Shown: positions 49,585-60,053, counted from the first letter of the stretch. The stretch: 64,000 nt of DNA from a bacterium (GCA_965218795.1 OZ244653.1:640001-704000); one strand, 5' to 3'. The notes: generated by a model not told the origin, from the sequence alone. Made by a program: numbers and translations.

Positions 49585-50419
49585 ACGCCGATGTCGATAT
49601 TGCCTTCGGAGCCTATATGATCAGCGGAGATGCCGTGGGAGAAGGTGTCGCCGTAGGTGGGATCGAGGTCCGTGCTTTCCGTCGTGATGGTGAGGTCTCG
49701 AACGTCGATGTCGATGTCGCCGGAGCCTTGATGCTGACCGTAGATGCCGTTGGAATACATCCCCCTCGTCGTGATACGGCCGCCTTGAACGTCGATATCG
49801 ATGGCGCCCGTGCCTGTATGCAGGCCTATGGCGCCGTTAGGAATACAAGCCCTTCGTCGTGATGGTGAGGTTTTCAGCGTTGATGGCAACGTCGCCGGAG
49901 CCGAGTTGACGCGCGCCATAGACGCCGTGAGCATCCGCGCCCTCCGTCGTGATGGTTCCGCCTCGAACGTCGATGTAGACGTTGCCGCCGTCGCCGGTAT
50001 GATTGCCCCAGATACCCACGTATTTCGTCATGATGACGACGTTTTTAGCGTAGATCTTGAGGGAGTTGTCATTAAACTCCTGAATGCCATAGATGCCTAT
50101 ACCGTCGACTTCCGTAATGATGATGGTGGCTTCTCGAACGTCGATGTCGATGGCGCCAGTGCCGTAATGACGGCTAAAGATGCCTCTGCTGTTATCACCC
50201 GTCGTCGCGATGGTGAGGTCTTGAACGTAGATCGTGATGTCAGCGGTGGAACCGGCGGGCTCCGTGCACACGATCCGCTCTCCGGCTGTGGGCGCGCCTC
50301 CTCTGCACACGTCGGCCGTCTGGGCCCGCGCCTCTCCGACACAGAGAGTGAATACGGCGGCCAGTATCAGGACGATGGCGCCCATCCGCCCCCGCGCACT
50401 CACGCCCCGCCTCTTGTCT

Positions 50420-50496
50420 GGAGTCTGAAGTCTGAAGTCTGAAGTCTGAAGTCTGAAGTCTGAAGTCTGAAGTCTGAAGTCTGAAGTCTGAAGTCT
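50420..50496. repeat. Heptanucleotide simple sequence repeat (GAAGTCT)x10 plus one imperfect copy
   Basis: Perfect copies at 50427-50496 and GGAGTCT at 50420-50426. Confidence 0.97.
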
Positions 50497-50608
50497 ACAC
50501 CGTACCACATTCATCAAGCGCTGACAAGATTGTGACGAACGAACGATCATTTGGAATACTCCGTTTGGGAATGGAAAACACAGCTTCTGGAGTAGGATAT
50601 TTACTCTA

Positions 50609-51050
50609 TCCTGGATTCCTGCACAAGCAGGAATCCAGGAAACACAGAACGGGCTGCGAGAATCTTCAGGAAGCGCTGATGAAGGCCCCCCGGGAGACCG
50701 CCCCTGGTTTTCAAGACGGCTCCGAACCTCTCCCAGCGGGCCGGCGTCCACCTGAACCCCGTTTTGATACGCGATCACCTGCCTTGACAGCGGCGATTGC
50801 CATTGCGGACAGCTTCGGATGGACTTCCTGCTCCAGAGCCTTCATTGGCCGTCGGCGTCAGGCGTCAACTCCGGCGCGCCGGCCATCAGCCGGCGGCTTC
50901 TGGTTCTCGATACCTCGCCTGGATTCCCGCTTCCGCGGGAATGACGAACAAGGTTCCCGCGCAACAGCCTGTCATTCCGGCCCTCGATGAAGACATTCGA
51001 GGACAGGCTGCAGCGGGGATCCAGGCAACACGGGACGGGCTGCGAGAGCA
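50609..51050. repeat. REP/REPIN-like palindromes (right flank of the autotransporter)
   Basis: Hairpin TCCTGGATTCCTGC-ACAA-GCAGGAATCCAGGA at 50609-50640; 50920-50945 is identical to 47422-47447; an inverted partner GTCATTCC starts at 50971. Confidence 0.8.
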
Positions 51051-51134
51051 AGGACCTGAGGCGCGTACCTGAAGACGCCTCGCCAAGAAGCCTGGTCATA
51101 CACGTATCCGTCCCGCCGGTGTCTCCCGCGAAGA

Positions 51135-52763
51135 TCATTCGAGTTCATTTCTCCAGGCCCGGCCGTCGCTGTCCATCAGCTCGTCCGCCTCATCAGGGCC
51201 CCAGCTTCCCGCTGGATAATTCGGGAAATCCCTCGGCGGAAGGGCCTTCCAAACATCCAGGATCGGCTCGACGACGCCCCAGCCGGCCTCGACCATGTCC
51301 GCCCGTTGAAACAACGTGGCATCTCCCAGCATACAGTCGTACAGCAGCCGTTCGTAACCCGTGCTCGGGGTCTTGCCGAAGTGATCCTCATACTGAAACT
51401 GCATGTGGACGTTTCCCAACCGAACGACCGGTCCAGGCACCTTGGCTCCGAAACTCAAGGAGATTCCCTCGTCGGGCTGGAGATGAAGCACGAGTTGGTT
51501 GGGGGTCAGACTTTCCACGGGAGTCTTTTCGAAGAGGATGAACGGGGCGCGCTTGAACTGGATGGCAATCTCGGTGTGCCGTGTAGGCAGACTCTTGCCG
51601 GTCCGAACATAAATGGGCACATCGGCCCAACGCCAGTTGTCGATGAAGAGTTTGAGGGCGACAAAGGTTTCGGTTGAGGAATCGGGCGCAACGCGATTTT
51701 CCTGCCTGTAACCGGGCGCCTTCTCCCCTCCAGTCCCGCCTTCCCCGTACTGCCCGCGAACGCTTCGGGTCAGGACTTCTTCAGAGGTCAGCGGAGGGAT
51801 GGCCCGAAGGATCTTCGCCTGCTCGTCCCGGACGGCGTCAGCGTCGAACGAGATGGGCGGTTCCATGGCCGTCAGGCTGATCAGCTGAAAGATGTGGTTT
51901 GGCACCATGTCGCGGAGGGCCCCGGAGCGATCGTAATAGCCCCCGCGTTCTTCGACCCCGATGCTCTCGGCCACCGAGATCTGAACGTGATCGATGTACC
52001 GGCGGTTCCAGATCGGCTCGAAAATACCGTTGGCGAATCGGAAGACGAGGATATTTTGAACGGTTTCCTTTCCCAGGTAATGATCGATCCGATAAATCTG
52101 GCGTTCTTCCAGGACCTGTCGGATCTCGCGGTTCAGGGCGCGCGCCGATCCCAGATCACGCCCGAAGGGCTTCTCGAAGATGACCCGCCGCCAGGCGTCT
52201 CTCTCCTCCCGGACAAGACCCGCTTCACCGAGGTGGCCCGTGATGGGGGAGAAAAAATCGGGAGCCGTGGCCAGATAGAAGAAGTATCGGCCGCCTGTCC
52301 CTTCATTCTCGTCGATTCCCTCGAGCCGGCCCCGGAGACGCGAATAAGTGTCCGCCTCGGCCAGATCCCCCCGGAGGTAATGGACCCGCTGAAGAAGACG
52401 GCCCCACCGATCGGCGTCTATCGGGAGGGTCGTGAATTTCCGTATTTCGGAATCGAGTTTCTCGCGGAAGGATTCCGTGGTCATGTCCCGCCGGGCGACT
52501 GCGACAATCGAGAACTCCCTGGCGAGCAGATCCTGCTGTCCCAGGTTGTTGAGGGCCGGGATGAGCTTGCGCTTCGTCAGGTCGCCGGAAGCCCCGAAAA
52601 TGACCATGACGCAGGGGTCCGCGGGCCGTCCCGCCCGGTCCTTCTCTCGCTGCGCTTCGACGGCTTCTGCCATGTCTACCGGTCCTTGCGCGACGGTTTT
52701 CATTCCTCGAACGGATTGAGGTCGGCCTGTTGTTACCGGATTATCCGCCCGCGGGGCGCTCAA
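51135..52763 (-). CDS. zwf: Glucose-6-phosphate 1-dehydrogenase
   Basis: Motifs [22 protein letters not shown] and RDMVPNH. The start may be 52703 or 52673. Confidence 0.97.
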   Translation of the reverse strand: MSAPRADNPVTTGRPQSVRGMKTVAQGPVDMAEAVEAQREKDRAGRPADPCVMVIFGASGDLTKRKLIPALNNLGQQDLLAREFSIVAVARRDMTTESFREKLDSEIRKFTTLPIDADRWGRLLQRVHYLRGDLAEADTYSRLRGRLEGIDENEGTGGRYFFYLATAPDFFSPITGHLGEAGLVREERDAWRRVIFEKPFGRDLGSARALNREIRQVLEERQIYRIDHYLGKETVQNILVFRFANGIFEPIWNRRYIDHVQISVAESIGVEERGGYYDRSGALRDMVPNHIFQLISLTAMEPPISFDADAVRDEQAKILRAIPPLTSEEVLTRSVRGQYGEGGTGGEKAPGYRQENRVAPDSSTETFVALKLFIDNWRWADVPIYVRTGKSLPTRHTEIAIQFKRAPFILFEKTPVESLTPNQLVLHLQPDEGISLSFGAKVPGPVVRLGNVHMQFQYEDHFGKTPSTGYERLLYDCMLGDATLFQRADMVEAGWGVVEPILDVWKALPPRDFPNYPAGSWGPDEADELMDSDGRAWRNELE

Positions 52764-53724
52764 CGTGCCCGCCGAATTTTCGCCTCATGGCGGAAAGCAG
52801 CTTCTCGGCGAAAGTGTGGTCCTGACGTGAGCGAAACCGCGCATACAGCGAGGCCGAAAGGACGTCCGCCGGAACGGCTTCCTCCACGGCCGTCATGACG
52901 GTCCACCGGCCTTCCCCGGAATCCTGCACGAATCCGGTGTATTCGGAAAGATCCGGGTCCTCGCTCAGGGCCATGGCCGTCAGATCGAGCAGCCAGGACC
53001 CGACGACGCTTCCCCGCCGCCAGACCTCTGCGATGTCCGCTACGTTCAACGTATAACGGTGCTTTTCCGGCAGCGTTTCCACGTCCGCGTTTTGGAGGAT
53101 GTCGAAGCCTTCGGCGTAAGCCTGCATGAGTCCGTATTCAATGCCGTTATGGACCATTTTGACGAAGTGCCCCGCTCCGGTGGGGCCGCAGTGCAAGTAG
53201 CCCTCTTCGGCGCTGCTCTTGACTGTTTGCCGCCCAACGGTTTTTTCGATCCCTCCCTTTCCGGGCGACAGGGTCTGAAAGATGGACTCCAGACGGCCGA
53301 CGGCTTCCGCGTCTCCGCCGATCATAAGGCAGTATCCGCGCTCGACCCCCCGGATTCCGCCGCTGGTGCCGACATCCACGTAATGAATGCTTTTCTCCCG
53401 CAGGGTCGCTGCGCGCCGGACGTCATCCTTGAAATAAGAATTGCCGCCGTCGATGATCGCATCGCCCGGGTCCATCCGGTCTGCCAGGTCAGTCACCGTC
53501 TGTTCGGTCGGTCCTCCCGCCGGAACCATGACCCAGGCCGCACGGGGTTTTCGTAATTTCCCGACGAAGTCATCAAGGCTCTCGGATCCGACGGCCCCTT
53601 CCCTGGCCAGCGATTTCACGTTATCGGGATTCACGTCGAAGATGACGCACGCATGGCCTCCCCGCATCAGGCGGCGGACCATGTTGGCCCCCATTCTGCC
53701 CAAACCGACCATTCCAAGCTGCAT
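52741..53724 (-). CDS. gnd: 6-phosphogluconate dehydrogenase (decarboxylating, short form)
   Basis: Motifs [36 protein letters not shown] and FGGH. Confidence 0.95.
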   Translation of the reverse strand: MQLGMVGLGRMGANMVRRLMRGGHACVIFDVNPDNVKSLAREGAVGSESLDDFVGKLRKPRAAWVMVPAGGPTEQTVTDLADRMDPGDAIIDGGNSYFKDDVRRAATLREKSIHYVDVGTSGGIRGVERGYCLMIGGDAEAVGRLESIFQTLSPGKGGIEKTVGRQTVKSSAEEGYLHCGPTGAGHFVKMVHNGIEYGLMQAYAEGFDILQNADVETLPEKHRYTLNVADIAEVWRRGSVVGSWLLDLTAMALSEDPDLSEYTGFVQDSGEGRWTVMTAVEEAVPADVLSASLYARFRSRQDHTFAEKLLSAMRRKFGGHVERPAGG

Positions 53725-53835
53725 CTGGACCGCTCCTTTTCCGGCAGGCGAATGCCTATGGATCCGTGATCATGCCGTTGAAACGCCGCTGCTTGTCGGG
53801 TTCGTCTTCAGGGCGGTCCCAACCGCTCTGTTTCG

Positions 53836-55602
53836 TTACTCCAAGGCCCGATCCATGGCGGACCGAAGCTTCTTCAGATCGCCGGCGACATCCGGGCCCA
53901 GATGGATGCGCAGGGCGCGCCGTCCCCGCTCGGCCAGGACCTGAAAATCGCCGCGGGCCTGCGCCGCCTTCACGATTCCGAATGTATACGACTTGCCGGG
54001 CACCGGCAGGTCTTCGGCATCCTCGCAGGTTATCTGAAGGAAGACACCGGACTTCGGCCCGCCCTTGTATGCCTGACCGGTCGAATGGAGAAATCGGGGG
54101 CCGAACCCAAGGCAGGTGGCTACGCGGCGCCTGTCCCGGACCGCCCGACGGATCTCCTGGAGTTCCGTTTCATGCTCGACGTTCATTTCGATGTAAGCCA
54201 GAAGGGCGAAATAGTCCCCGGGACGCAGGCCGTTCAGATGGGCCAGAAGATAGCTGTCGAAAGTGGGGCTTTTGCCCGTCCGATCGTTCAGGGCCTTTGC
54301 GTTCCGTTCATCCGTGAAGAGTCGAATGTCCCCTTCCTCTAAGATGGGGGTCTCGGCGGGAAGCTCTCCGCTGTCTTCAAAGGCGTCGGTCAACGCGCGG
54401 GCGGCGATCTTGCCGGCTTCCACGTCGGGCTGATCGAACGGGTTGATTTTGAGGATTGAGCCTGCCGTCGCTGTGGCGATCTCCCACCGAAAGAACTCCC
54501 GCCCGAGGTCGTAAGGATCCTCTATGGAGATCCGGACCACGGGGTATCCCGCTTCCTCGATGGCCGACACGGCGGCGTCCTGTCCCGGGTCGGGCGCGGT
54601 CTCCAGCCGGCCGTAGACGAAGACGCGGTCATTCCCGTACACCTCCGGCGGGCCCAGCGGTTCGCGGTCGATGGGGATGAGCCCCCCTCCATCCTTCCCG
54701 GTGGACTCGGCCAATAGTTGTTCCAGCCAGGCGCCGAGGTCCCACAGGCCCGGCGAGAGGATGAGGGTGACCTTGTCCCGGCCCCTCCCGGCCAGGACTC
54801 CGAGAATCGTTCCCAAAACGACGCCCGGATTCTCGTCAGGGGCGAGGCGCGAAGAGGAGGCGACCGCCATCTCATGGGCCCGCTCCAGAAACCGGCCGAC
54901 ATCCAGACCCATCACGGCCGCCGGGACCATCCCGAAGTTCGACAGCGCCGAATACCGGCCGCCGATGCTCGGCGAGCCTGCGAAGACGCGGCGGAATCCT
55001 TCCTGGGCGGCCGCGGCTTCGAGTTTGGACCCCGGATCGGTGATGGCGAGAAAATGACGGCCGGCCCGTTCCGGTCCGACCGTTTCCCTGACACGGTGAA
55101 AGAAGTAATCCTTGAAGATGTTGGGCTCGAGCGTGGTCCCCGATTTGCTCGATACGATGAACAGCGTTTTGGCCAGGTCGACCTTTCCTTCGAACGTCCG
55201 GACCTGCGCCGGGTCCGTGGAATCGAGAACGTGGAGCTCGGGGAAACCCTCCATCTTCCCGAAGGTCATCTTCAGGACTTCGGGACAGAGGCTGGAGCCG
55301 CCCATCCCGAGAAGAAGCGCGTGCGAGAAACCCGAAGACTTGACGTCTTCCGCCAGTTCGCTGAGGGACTGTATGTTTTCGAGTTGTTCTTCCGTGACCC
55401 CGAGCCAGCCGAGCCAGTCAGCCTCATCGGAATTCGTCCACAGGCTCTTGTCGCGGGCCCACAGCCGGTGAACCTTCCCCTGTGCCCGCCACGCTTCAAG
55501 GCTTGCCCGGACTCCGGCCCATTGCTCTGTGGAAAGGGAGTATTCCTGTTGATTGATGCGGGCCTCCGCGGCCTCGCCGCATTTTCGATTCACGGCATTC
55601 AA
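53836..55602 (-). CDS. Glucose-6-phosphate isomerase domain of a Tal-Pgi fusion (transaldolase part lost)
   Basis: Motifs LGMGGSSL, SSKSGTTLE, GGRYSALS, EQLLAESTGK, NPFDQPDVE and GPRFLHSTGQ. There is no convincing start codon or RBS, so it may be a pseudogene. Confidence 0.8.
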   Translation of the reverse strand: MNAVNRKCGEAAEARINQQEYSLSTEQWAGVRASLEAWRAQGKVHRLWARDKSLWTNSDEADWLGWLGVTEEQLENIQSLSELAEDVKSSGFSHALLLGMGGSSLCPEVLKMTFGKMEGFPELHVLDSTDPAQVRTFEGKVDLAKTLFIVSSKSGTTLEPNIFKDYFFHRVRETVGPERAGRHFLAITDPGSKLEAAAAQEGFRRVFAGSPSIGGRYSALSNFGMVPAAVMGLDVGRFLERAHEMAVASSSRLAPDENPGVVLGTILGVLAGRGRDKVTLILSPGLWDLGAWLEQLLAESTGKDGGGLIPIDREPLGPPEVYGNDRVFVYGRLETAPDPGQDAAVSAIEEAGYPVVRISIEDPYDLGREFFRWEIATATAGSILKINPFDQPDVEAGKIAARALTDAFEDSGELPAETPILEEGDIRLFTDERNAKALNDRTGKSPTFDSYLLAHLNGLRPGDYFALLAYIEMNVEHETELQEIRRAVRDRRRVATCLGFGPRFLHSTGQAYKGGPKSGVFLQITCEDAEDLPVPGKSYTFGIVKAAQARGDFQVLAERGRRALRIHLGPDVAGDLKKLRSAMDRALE

Positions 55603-55848
55603 TGGCTTGTCAAAGGCATCGGCGAAGGGTTTCGCTCCGTCCGTCAGTCATTGATCGGTTACATGATCCTACATCATTCATGGAGATCCCCGCCGTGCCG
55701 AGTTCGACGTGGTTTCCCGGGCGGCATTCGACCGCTCTTCGAGGTTGGTGCCCGTGCTCCCCATGCTTCACTTCCTGGGGACGGAGTCGGTGTCGTGACA
55801 GGGCCCGGCGCGATGCCCGGCAGCTTGTTCGCCGCGACCGAGACCTCG

Positions 55849-55922
55849 ATCCCGCATCCGCGGGAATCACAAACGAGGCCTGCACGCAACTGCCTGTCAT
55901 TCCTGCGCAAGCAGGAATCCAG
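55849..55922. repeat. REPIN-like module related to 50920-51024
   Basis: ATCCCGCATCCGCGGGAATCAC-spacer-GTCATTCCTGCGCAAGCAGGAATCCAG; the spacer ..CGCAAC.GCCT is shared with 50946-50970. Confidence 0.75.
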
Positions 55923-56187
55923 GCGAGGAAAAGCGGATGGATTTATTTTCAGGCGCCGTACCGGAGACGGAAGGGCCGCGCAGCCAATATCTCCGCCGGT
56001 CTGGTCGAGTGCAGGGGAGGGGGGCGACTGGGATTTGTGCGGCGCCGGTCACATATGCCTGCTGCACGGGGCACTTTATCAAGCCTTCCCCAAGGAGCGT
56101 GTCCGAAGGGTTCACAGGTCTCCCTCCGCTTGGGGATTGGATGCGGGTTCCGAACCGCGTTCTCTCCAGACAGGGTCGCCCTGGACG

Positions 56188-57561
56188 TCAGCCCCCTGAT
56201 TCCTCGAAAAGGGCTCGGGCCCGCTCCCAGACCGTGTCGGCCCGTTTCTGGCATTGCGCCAGAACGTCTTTCTCATCCACGGTCGTAAACTTCCCCTCTC
56301 GGACGACCCAGTTTCCGTCGATCATTACATCCGTCACGTCGCTGCCATTGGCGTTGTAGACGATATTCGTGACGATGTTCTCGGGCCGGATGGGATTGGT
56401 CCACGGCGTCGTCATATCGAGAAGGAAAAGGTCGGCCTTCTTGCCGGCCGCGAGAGAGCCCACCTGTTTGTCGAGGCCGAGGGCCCTCGCGCCGCCCATC
56501 GTCGCCAATTCCAGAACCTTCTCGGCATCGATGATTCCGACGTCGGCGGCCTGGTGCCGGGTGAGGAGGATAGCGGCCCGGAGGATCTTGAAAACATCGT
56601 TCGAGAGCCAGTCGGACCCGATGGAGACGCTCACCCCCTGCTTGTAGACCTCGGTCATGGGCGGGAAGTAGGACCGCTTGCCCACGAGATAGGCGGTGTG
56701 GGACATGTGCGCGCCGGACTCAGCCATCATGGCCACCTCTTCCGGGGTCATGAACACGCAGTGGATCCCCACAAAATCGGGGGACAAATAGCCGAGGTCC
56801 CGCATGAACTCGACCGACCCCTTGCCGTACGCCTTCTGCATGTACTCCACCTCGCCCGGTATCTGCGCAAGGTGGACGTGGTAGCCGAGCCCGCGATCCC
56901 GGCCGAGCTCCTTGACCCGCAGGAGCGTTTTCTCCGAGCAGGTGTCCGGCGAGAAGGGGCCGAGGCGGCAGGTGATTCGCCCGTCCGCGCCGCCGTTCCA
57001 TTCCTCGATGAAGGCGAGGGCCTCATCGATCGATCGCTTGCCCTCGTCTTCGTTGAAGTCGCGGTGCAGGTTGTCGGGCCCGAGGCGGGTCAGGTCGGCC
57101 TCGCTGATGTTTTCGGCGATGACGGCCCGGAGTCCGAGGTCCCGGACGGCTTTGGCCGTCTCGCGCTCGAACCACCAGACCTCGTTGATGGTCGTCGTCC
57201 CCGTCCGGACCATCTCCATCGCGTGCACCATCGCGGGGAAATAGACATCCTCCGGCTGGATGTAATCTCGCTGAAGCGGCATGGCGATGGTGAAGAGGCC
57301 GCCGGAAACGCAGGGCGGATCTTCGGTCAGGGCCTTGTTGAACGCGCCCGTGAGGTGGGTGTGGGTGTTGACGAACCCGGGAAGAACGGCCTTCCCGGAG
57401 GCGTCGAAGGTCTCGTCCGGTTTGAAACCTCTTCCAACCTCTTCCGCCGATCCGACGGCGACGATTTCGTCGTCCTCGACGGCAACCGCGCCACGCTCAA
57501 TGTAGGGCTGATCGCCGGCAACCGGGATGACCCAGCCGTTCTCGATGAGTATTTTGGGCAT
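56188..57561 (-). CDS. Amidohydrolase (MTA/SAH deaminase, AtzA-like family)
   Basis: Motifs PGFVNTHTH, GTTT, HVHLA, IHCV, IGSD, ATMGGARALG and GKKAD. Confidence 0.88.
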   Translation of the reverse strand: MPKILIENGWVIPVAGDQPYIERGAVAVEDDEIVAVGSAEEVGRGFKPDETFDASGKAVLPGFVNTHTHLTGAFNKALTEDPPCVSGGLFTIAMPLQRDYIQPEDVYFPAMVHAMEMVRTGTTTINEVWWFERETAKAVRDLGLRAVIAENISEADLTRLGPDNLHRDFNEDEGKRSIDEALAFIEEWNGGADGRITCRLGPFSPDTCSEKTLLRVKELGRDRGLGYHVHLAQIPGEVEYMQKAYGKGSVEFMRDLGYLSPDFVGIHCVFMTPEEVAMMAESGAHMSHTAYLVGKRSYFPPMTEVYKQGVSVSIGSDWLSNDVFKILRAAILLTRHQAADVGIIDAEKVLELATMGGARALGLDKQVGSLAAGKKADLFLLDMTTPWTNPIRPENIVTNIVYNANGSDVTDVMIDGNWVVREGKFTTVDEKDVLAQCQKRADTVWERARALFEESGG

Positions 57562-57615
57562 GGATATTCTCTCTGCACTGAAAGCGGTGGGCGGGGATCT
57601 GCATGCTCCGGGCCG

Positions 57616-58323
57616 CTAGACACCCAGGTAGGCCTTCTTGACGTGCTCGTTGTCGCGAAGCTCCGAGCCGCCTTCCAGGCCGATCCGCCCTGTCTCCATC
57701 ACGTAACAGTGATGGGCAATCTGGAGGGTGTGTTGAATGTTTTGCTCGACCAGGAGGATGGTGATCCCCCGGCGGTTGAGTTCCTGGATGACCTCGAACA
57801 TCTGCTCTACAATCTTCGGCGCCAGGCCGAGGGAGGGTTCATCGAGCATCAGGACCTTCGGATCGGACATCAAGCCCCGTGAGATAGCCAGCATCTGGCG
57901 TTCGCCCCCGCTCAGCGTTCCGGCAACCTGGGTCTGCCGTTCATTCAGAATGGGAAACAGTTCGAAAACGCGCTCGATATTCGCCTCTACGTTGGGACGG
58001 GCGATCTTCGAGTACGCGCCCATCTCCAGGTTCTCGCGGACGGTCATTTCCGGGAAGGGGCGGCCGCCCTCAAGAATCAGAGAAAGCCCCTTCTCCACGA
58101 TCTGGTGGGAGTGGAGGTTGTCAATCCGCTCGCCCCCGAGCTCGATTTTTCCGCTCTTCGCCTTCTTCAGTCCGGCCAGGGATTTCAGCGTCGTGGTCTT
58201 GCCGGCTCCGTTGCCGCCAATCAACCCCGTGATACTGTCTTCCTCGACGGAGAGGTCGATCCCCCAGATGACCTGGACTTCCCCGTACGCGACTTCGAGA
58301 TTCTCAACGGTCAGCAATGCCAT
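57616..58323 (-). CDS. Branched-chain amino acid ABC ATPase (LivF-like)
   Basis: Motifs GGNGAGKTT, LSGGERQMLA, LDEPSLGLAP and VEQN. Confidence 0.93.
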   Translation of the reverse strand: MALLTVENLEVAYGEVQVIWGIDLSVEEDSITGLIGGNGAGKTTTLKSLAGLKKAKSGKIELGGERIDNLHSHQIVEKGLSLILEGGRPFPEMTVRENLEMGAYSKIARPNVEANIERVFELFPILNERQTQVAGTLSGGERQMLAISRGLMSDPKVLMLDEPSLGLAPKIVEQMFEVIQELNRRGITILLVEQNIQHTLQIAHHCYVMETGRIGLEGGSELRDNEHVKKAYLGV

Positions 58324-59063
58324 CAGGCCACCGACTCCCCCAGATAGGCGTCAATCACCCGCGGATCTTTGGAGATTTCATCCGGAGAGGCGTCGGCGAT
58401 TTTTTCGCCGTGGTGCAGAACCACCACCCGGTCCGAAATCTTCATGATCGCCCGCATGACGTGCTCGACGATGATGATGCTTTTCCCAAGCTCGGAGCGG
58501 ATTCGTCTGATCAGGTCCGTGGCGTTGTCGATCTCGGAAGGAGTGAGCCCGGCCAGGGCTTCATCCAGCAAGATGATCTCCGCGCCGGCGGACAGCGCCC
58601 GCGCCACCTCGAGTCTTTTCTTCTCCCCCAGGTTGAGATTCTTCGCTAGTGCTTCCGCTTTCTCATCGAGCCCCGTGAAGCGCATCGCATCCTCGGCCAA
58701 TTGCCCGGCCTTGTCCGTGTCGGGCGATTCTCCCTCGATTTCTCCGAACAGGGCTCCCACAACCAGGTTTTCCCTCACCGACATCTCGGGAAAGGGCCGG
58801 ACGATCTGGTAGGTCCTGCGAATGCTTTCCCTGGCGATACGGTATGCGGGCAGACCGTCAACCCGCTTTCCGCGGATGACAATCTCCCCTCGGTCCGGCT
58901 TGTAGGTCCCGGTGATGACGTTGAAGATGGTCGTCTTCCCCGCGCCGTTGGGGCCGATCAGGCCGACGATCTCTTTCTCGTTCAGGACGAACGAGACGTT
59001 ATTCACCGCCGTGATGCCGCCGAAGTGCTTGCTGACGTTATTGACTTCGAGAATGACCGGCAC
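58323..59063 (-). CDS. Branched-chain amino acid ABC ATPase (LivG-like)
   Basis: Motifs GPNGAGKTT, LLDE, VEH and VIDAYLG. Confidence 0.93.
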   Translation of the reverse strand: MPVILEVNNVSKHFGGITAVNNVSFVLNEKEIVGLIGPNGAGKTTIFNVITGTYKPDRGEIVIRGKRVDGLPAYRIARESIRRTYQIVRPFPEMSVRENLVVGALFGEIEGESPDTDKAGQLAEDAMRFTGLDEKAEALAKNLNLGEKKRLEVARALSAGAEIILLDEALAGLTPSEIDNATDLIRRIRSELGKSIIIVEHVMRAIMKISDRVVVLHHGEKIADASPDEISKDPRVIDAYLGESVA

Positions 59064-59072
59064 AGACTGTCC

Positions 59073-60038
59073 TCATTCCAGGTACGTTCGGGACTTGGGC
59101 CAAGTGTCCCGAATGGTTCCAATCACCCCGCCGGGGATGAAGAGAACGATGACGATCATGACCCCGCCGAAGATGATCAGGTGCAGTTTGCTGAACTCGA
59201 TGATGAGAAGGTCCCGAATGGTGTAAAAGATTATCCCTCCGACGAGAGGCCCCAGGGCGGTGCCCACCCCGCCTACCATCATGATGACGAAGAGCTCGAT
59301 GCTCACGCCGATGCGAAAGTTGTCCGGATCGACGAAGTTTTGAAAGATCCCGTACGTGCCCCCGACAATTCCCGCAAAAAAAGCTCCCATGGCGTACGCA
59401 GTGATCTTGTAGGCCGTGGTATTCACGCCCATGGAGGCCGCCGTGTCTTCATCGTTCAGAATCGCCCGCAATCCGAACCCCAGCTTCTTCTTCAGAACGA
59501 TATAGGAAACCCAGAACGCACCGACCAGGGATAGAAGGTAGGTATAGTAACCCCAAATTTCACGTCCTTCTACGTTCTTGAGGTACCTGTTGAGGGGCAG
59601 GCCTTCCGCTCCTCCGAACATCTCCCAGTTAAAGAAGCCCGTCTGGACCGCCAGGTTCAGAGAATAGGTCGCGATGGCGAAATACGCACCCCGAATCCGA
59701 AGGGCGGGGTATCCCACGATCACGGCGAAAGCCGCCGGGATCAGCCCCGACAGGATGACCCAGAGGTAGGGGTTGTAGGCGATGGGGCCGCTGGAGGTCA
59801 GCTGGAGCAGTCCACCCGCCGTATATGCGCCCAAACCCAGGAAGACGACGTGCCCGAAGTCCAGGTAGCCGATGAAGCCGACCACCATGTTCAGGCTGTA
59901 GGCCAGGACGATGAAAAACATCATCGTCATGCAAAACCCGAACATATCGGCCTGACCGAATAACTGCGGGACGAGCGCGAGGAAGGCGCAAATCCCCATG
60001 GCGATGACTGGAGTCGGTCTGATGAGATTGCTGAGCAT
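59073..60038 (-). CDS. Branched-chain amino acid ABC permease (LivM-like)
   Basis: Motifs GYLDFGHVVFLGLGAY, LRIRGAYFAIAT and GGVGTALGP. Confidence 0.9.
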   Translation of the reverse strand: MLSNLIRPTPVIAMGICAFLALVPQLFGQADMFGFCMTMMFFIVLAYSLNMVVGFIGYLDFGHVVFLGLGAYTAGGLLQLTSSGPIAYNPYLWVILSGLIPAAFAVIVGYPALRIRGAYFAIATYSLNLAVQTGFFNWEMFGGAEGLPLNRYLKNVEGREIWGYYTYLLSLVGAFWVSYIVLKKKLGFGLRAILNDEDTAASMGVNTTAYKITAYAMGAFFAGIVGGTYGIFQNFVDPDNFRIGVSIELFVIMMVGGVGTALGPLVGGIIFYTIRDLLIIEFSKLHLIIFGGVMIVIVLFIPGGVIGTIRDTWPKSRTYLE

Positions 60039-60053
60039 GCTAGCGGAATGTCC

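Larger units (their letters stand above)
47753..50550 (-). pseudogene. Autotransporter (type Va) with beta-helical repeat passenger, split by two frameshifts
   Basis: GGAG RBS then ATG 50550; signal h-region ending ARA-Q; repeats IDIDVQGGRITTRG..SYGVYG; linker YAPRSAVYE; beta-barrel ending NVGIRF. Frameshifts at about 49839 and 48646. Confidence 0.85.

Noticed and set aside
50420-50496. Possible CRISPR array
   Set aside because: It is a pure 7-nt tandem repeat with no spacers, and there are no cas genes.
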